A stretch of 64,000 nt of DNA from Antedon mediterranea (Eukaryota > Animalia > Echinodermata): positions 35,160,437 through 35,224,436 of the forward strand of contig NC_092672.1 of assembly GCF_964355755.1 (NCBI RefSeq), in the 5' to 3' direction. This document shows, in pieces, positions 63,336-64,000 of the stretch. Made by a program: the position numbers and the translations under genes. Below the pieces are notes generated by a model. It saw nothing but the letters and a program-made list of their open reading frames with translations. It was not told the origin of the DNA and did no database searches. Position 1 is the first letter of the stretch; the number at the start of each line of letters is the position of its first letter.

Positions 63336-64000
63336 ATGTCTCGAGTTGTTCGTGGACCAGCAGGTAATAATGAATGTAGAATTTATGTAGGAAATTTGCC
63401 TCCAGATATCCGTGAAAAAGAAATCGAAGAAATTTTTTACAAATATGGAGACATTGCTGATATTGATCTGAAGGGAAAGGACAAACGAGGACCACCGTTT
63501 GCATTTGTAGAATTTCTAGATAAAAGGTAAGATGATAGCCATATGCGTATTAAGCGTTATAATTCATGGAATTCATAATTTAAAATATACATAAACTGGA
63601 TTCTGTATTAAAATTCAGGTGAGATTTTCAATGAATAAAATAGCCAGGCCCATCCATGATAATCCATCAGGTCATTAACACTGCACACAATGCCTGGCGG
63701 CGGTTACGTTTATGGGACTTTTTATGCTGTAACTTACTCCCACTCCCTACCCCAGTTCAGTTAGTTGTGCTACACTACTAAAGACCTAAGTACTACTACT
63801 TCCTATGCCTGTAGTATTAATTTATTAATATTAGGCTGTTATTAAAGTATTTATTTGCATATATTATTTAAAAATAGAATTTTACAGTACATGTACTAAG
63901 TAGTACTGGTACTTTTATACCAGTCGCTATTTAGTGAGTGTTCCGTTTTTCCAGAGATGCAGAAGATGCAGTAAATGGTAGAGATCGATACGACTATGAG
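63336..64000 (+). CDS. SRSF1: Serine/arginine-rich splicing factor 1/9 (ASF/SF2), 5' part; runs out of the window
   Basis: Exons 63336-63526 and 63955-64000: [17 protein letters not shown]...FYKYGDI...[22 protein letters not shown] (RRM1). Confidence 0.93.

Noticed and set aside
63643-63698. GCCAGGC/GCCTGGC stem in SRSF1 intron 1 as a snoRNA or regulatory RNA
   Set aside because: Only a 7-bp stem without proper C/D or H/ACA boxes; not supportable without conservation data.

Overview
AT-rich, intron-rich animal genomic DNA from an invertebrate. A deuterostome such as an echinoderm is plausible from the SINE type and gene content but cannot be proven here. It is a compact housekeeping-gene block: GOSR1 (+, last intron U12-type), METTL16 (+), EIF3C (+), ANKRD13 (+), QPRT (-), an intronless 943-aa polytopic membrane protein resembling plant NO EXINE FORMATION 1 (+), YDJC (+), two tandem LC8/DYNLL genes (+) and the start of SRSF1/9 (+). 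Introns and intergenic DNA are dense with MITEs (Harbinger-, Tc1/mariner-, Kolobok- and Ginger-like), a Helentron-like element, Nin/Deu-domain tRNA SINEs, LINE 3' ends and minisatellites. Most notable: (1) the two DYNLL copies are 267/270 nt identical and differ at the protein level only by Y41/H41, a residue that also differs between vertebrate DYNLL2 and DYNLL1; (2) the NEF1-like gene, possibly sharing a transcription unit with YDJC; (3) a perfect 12 x 36-bp array of METTL16-target-like UACAGAUAA hairpins in a METTL16 intron; (4) a recurrent promoter grammar of AGAGGGCGC upstream and AGGCCTAG downstream of gene starts. All exon structures and family assignments were made by eye, with no database search.
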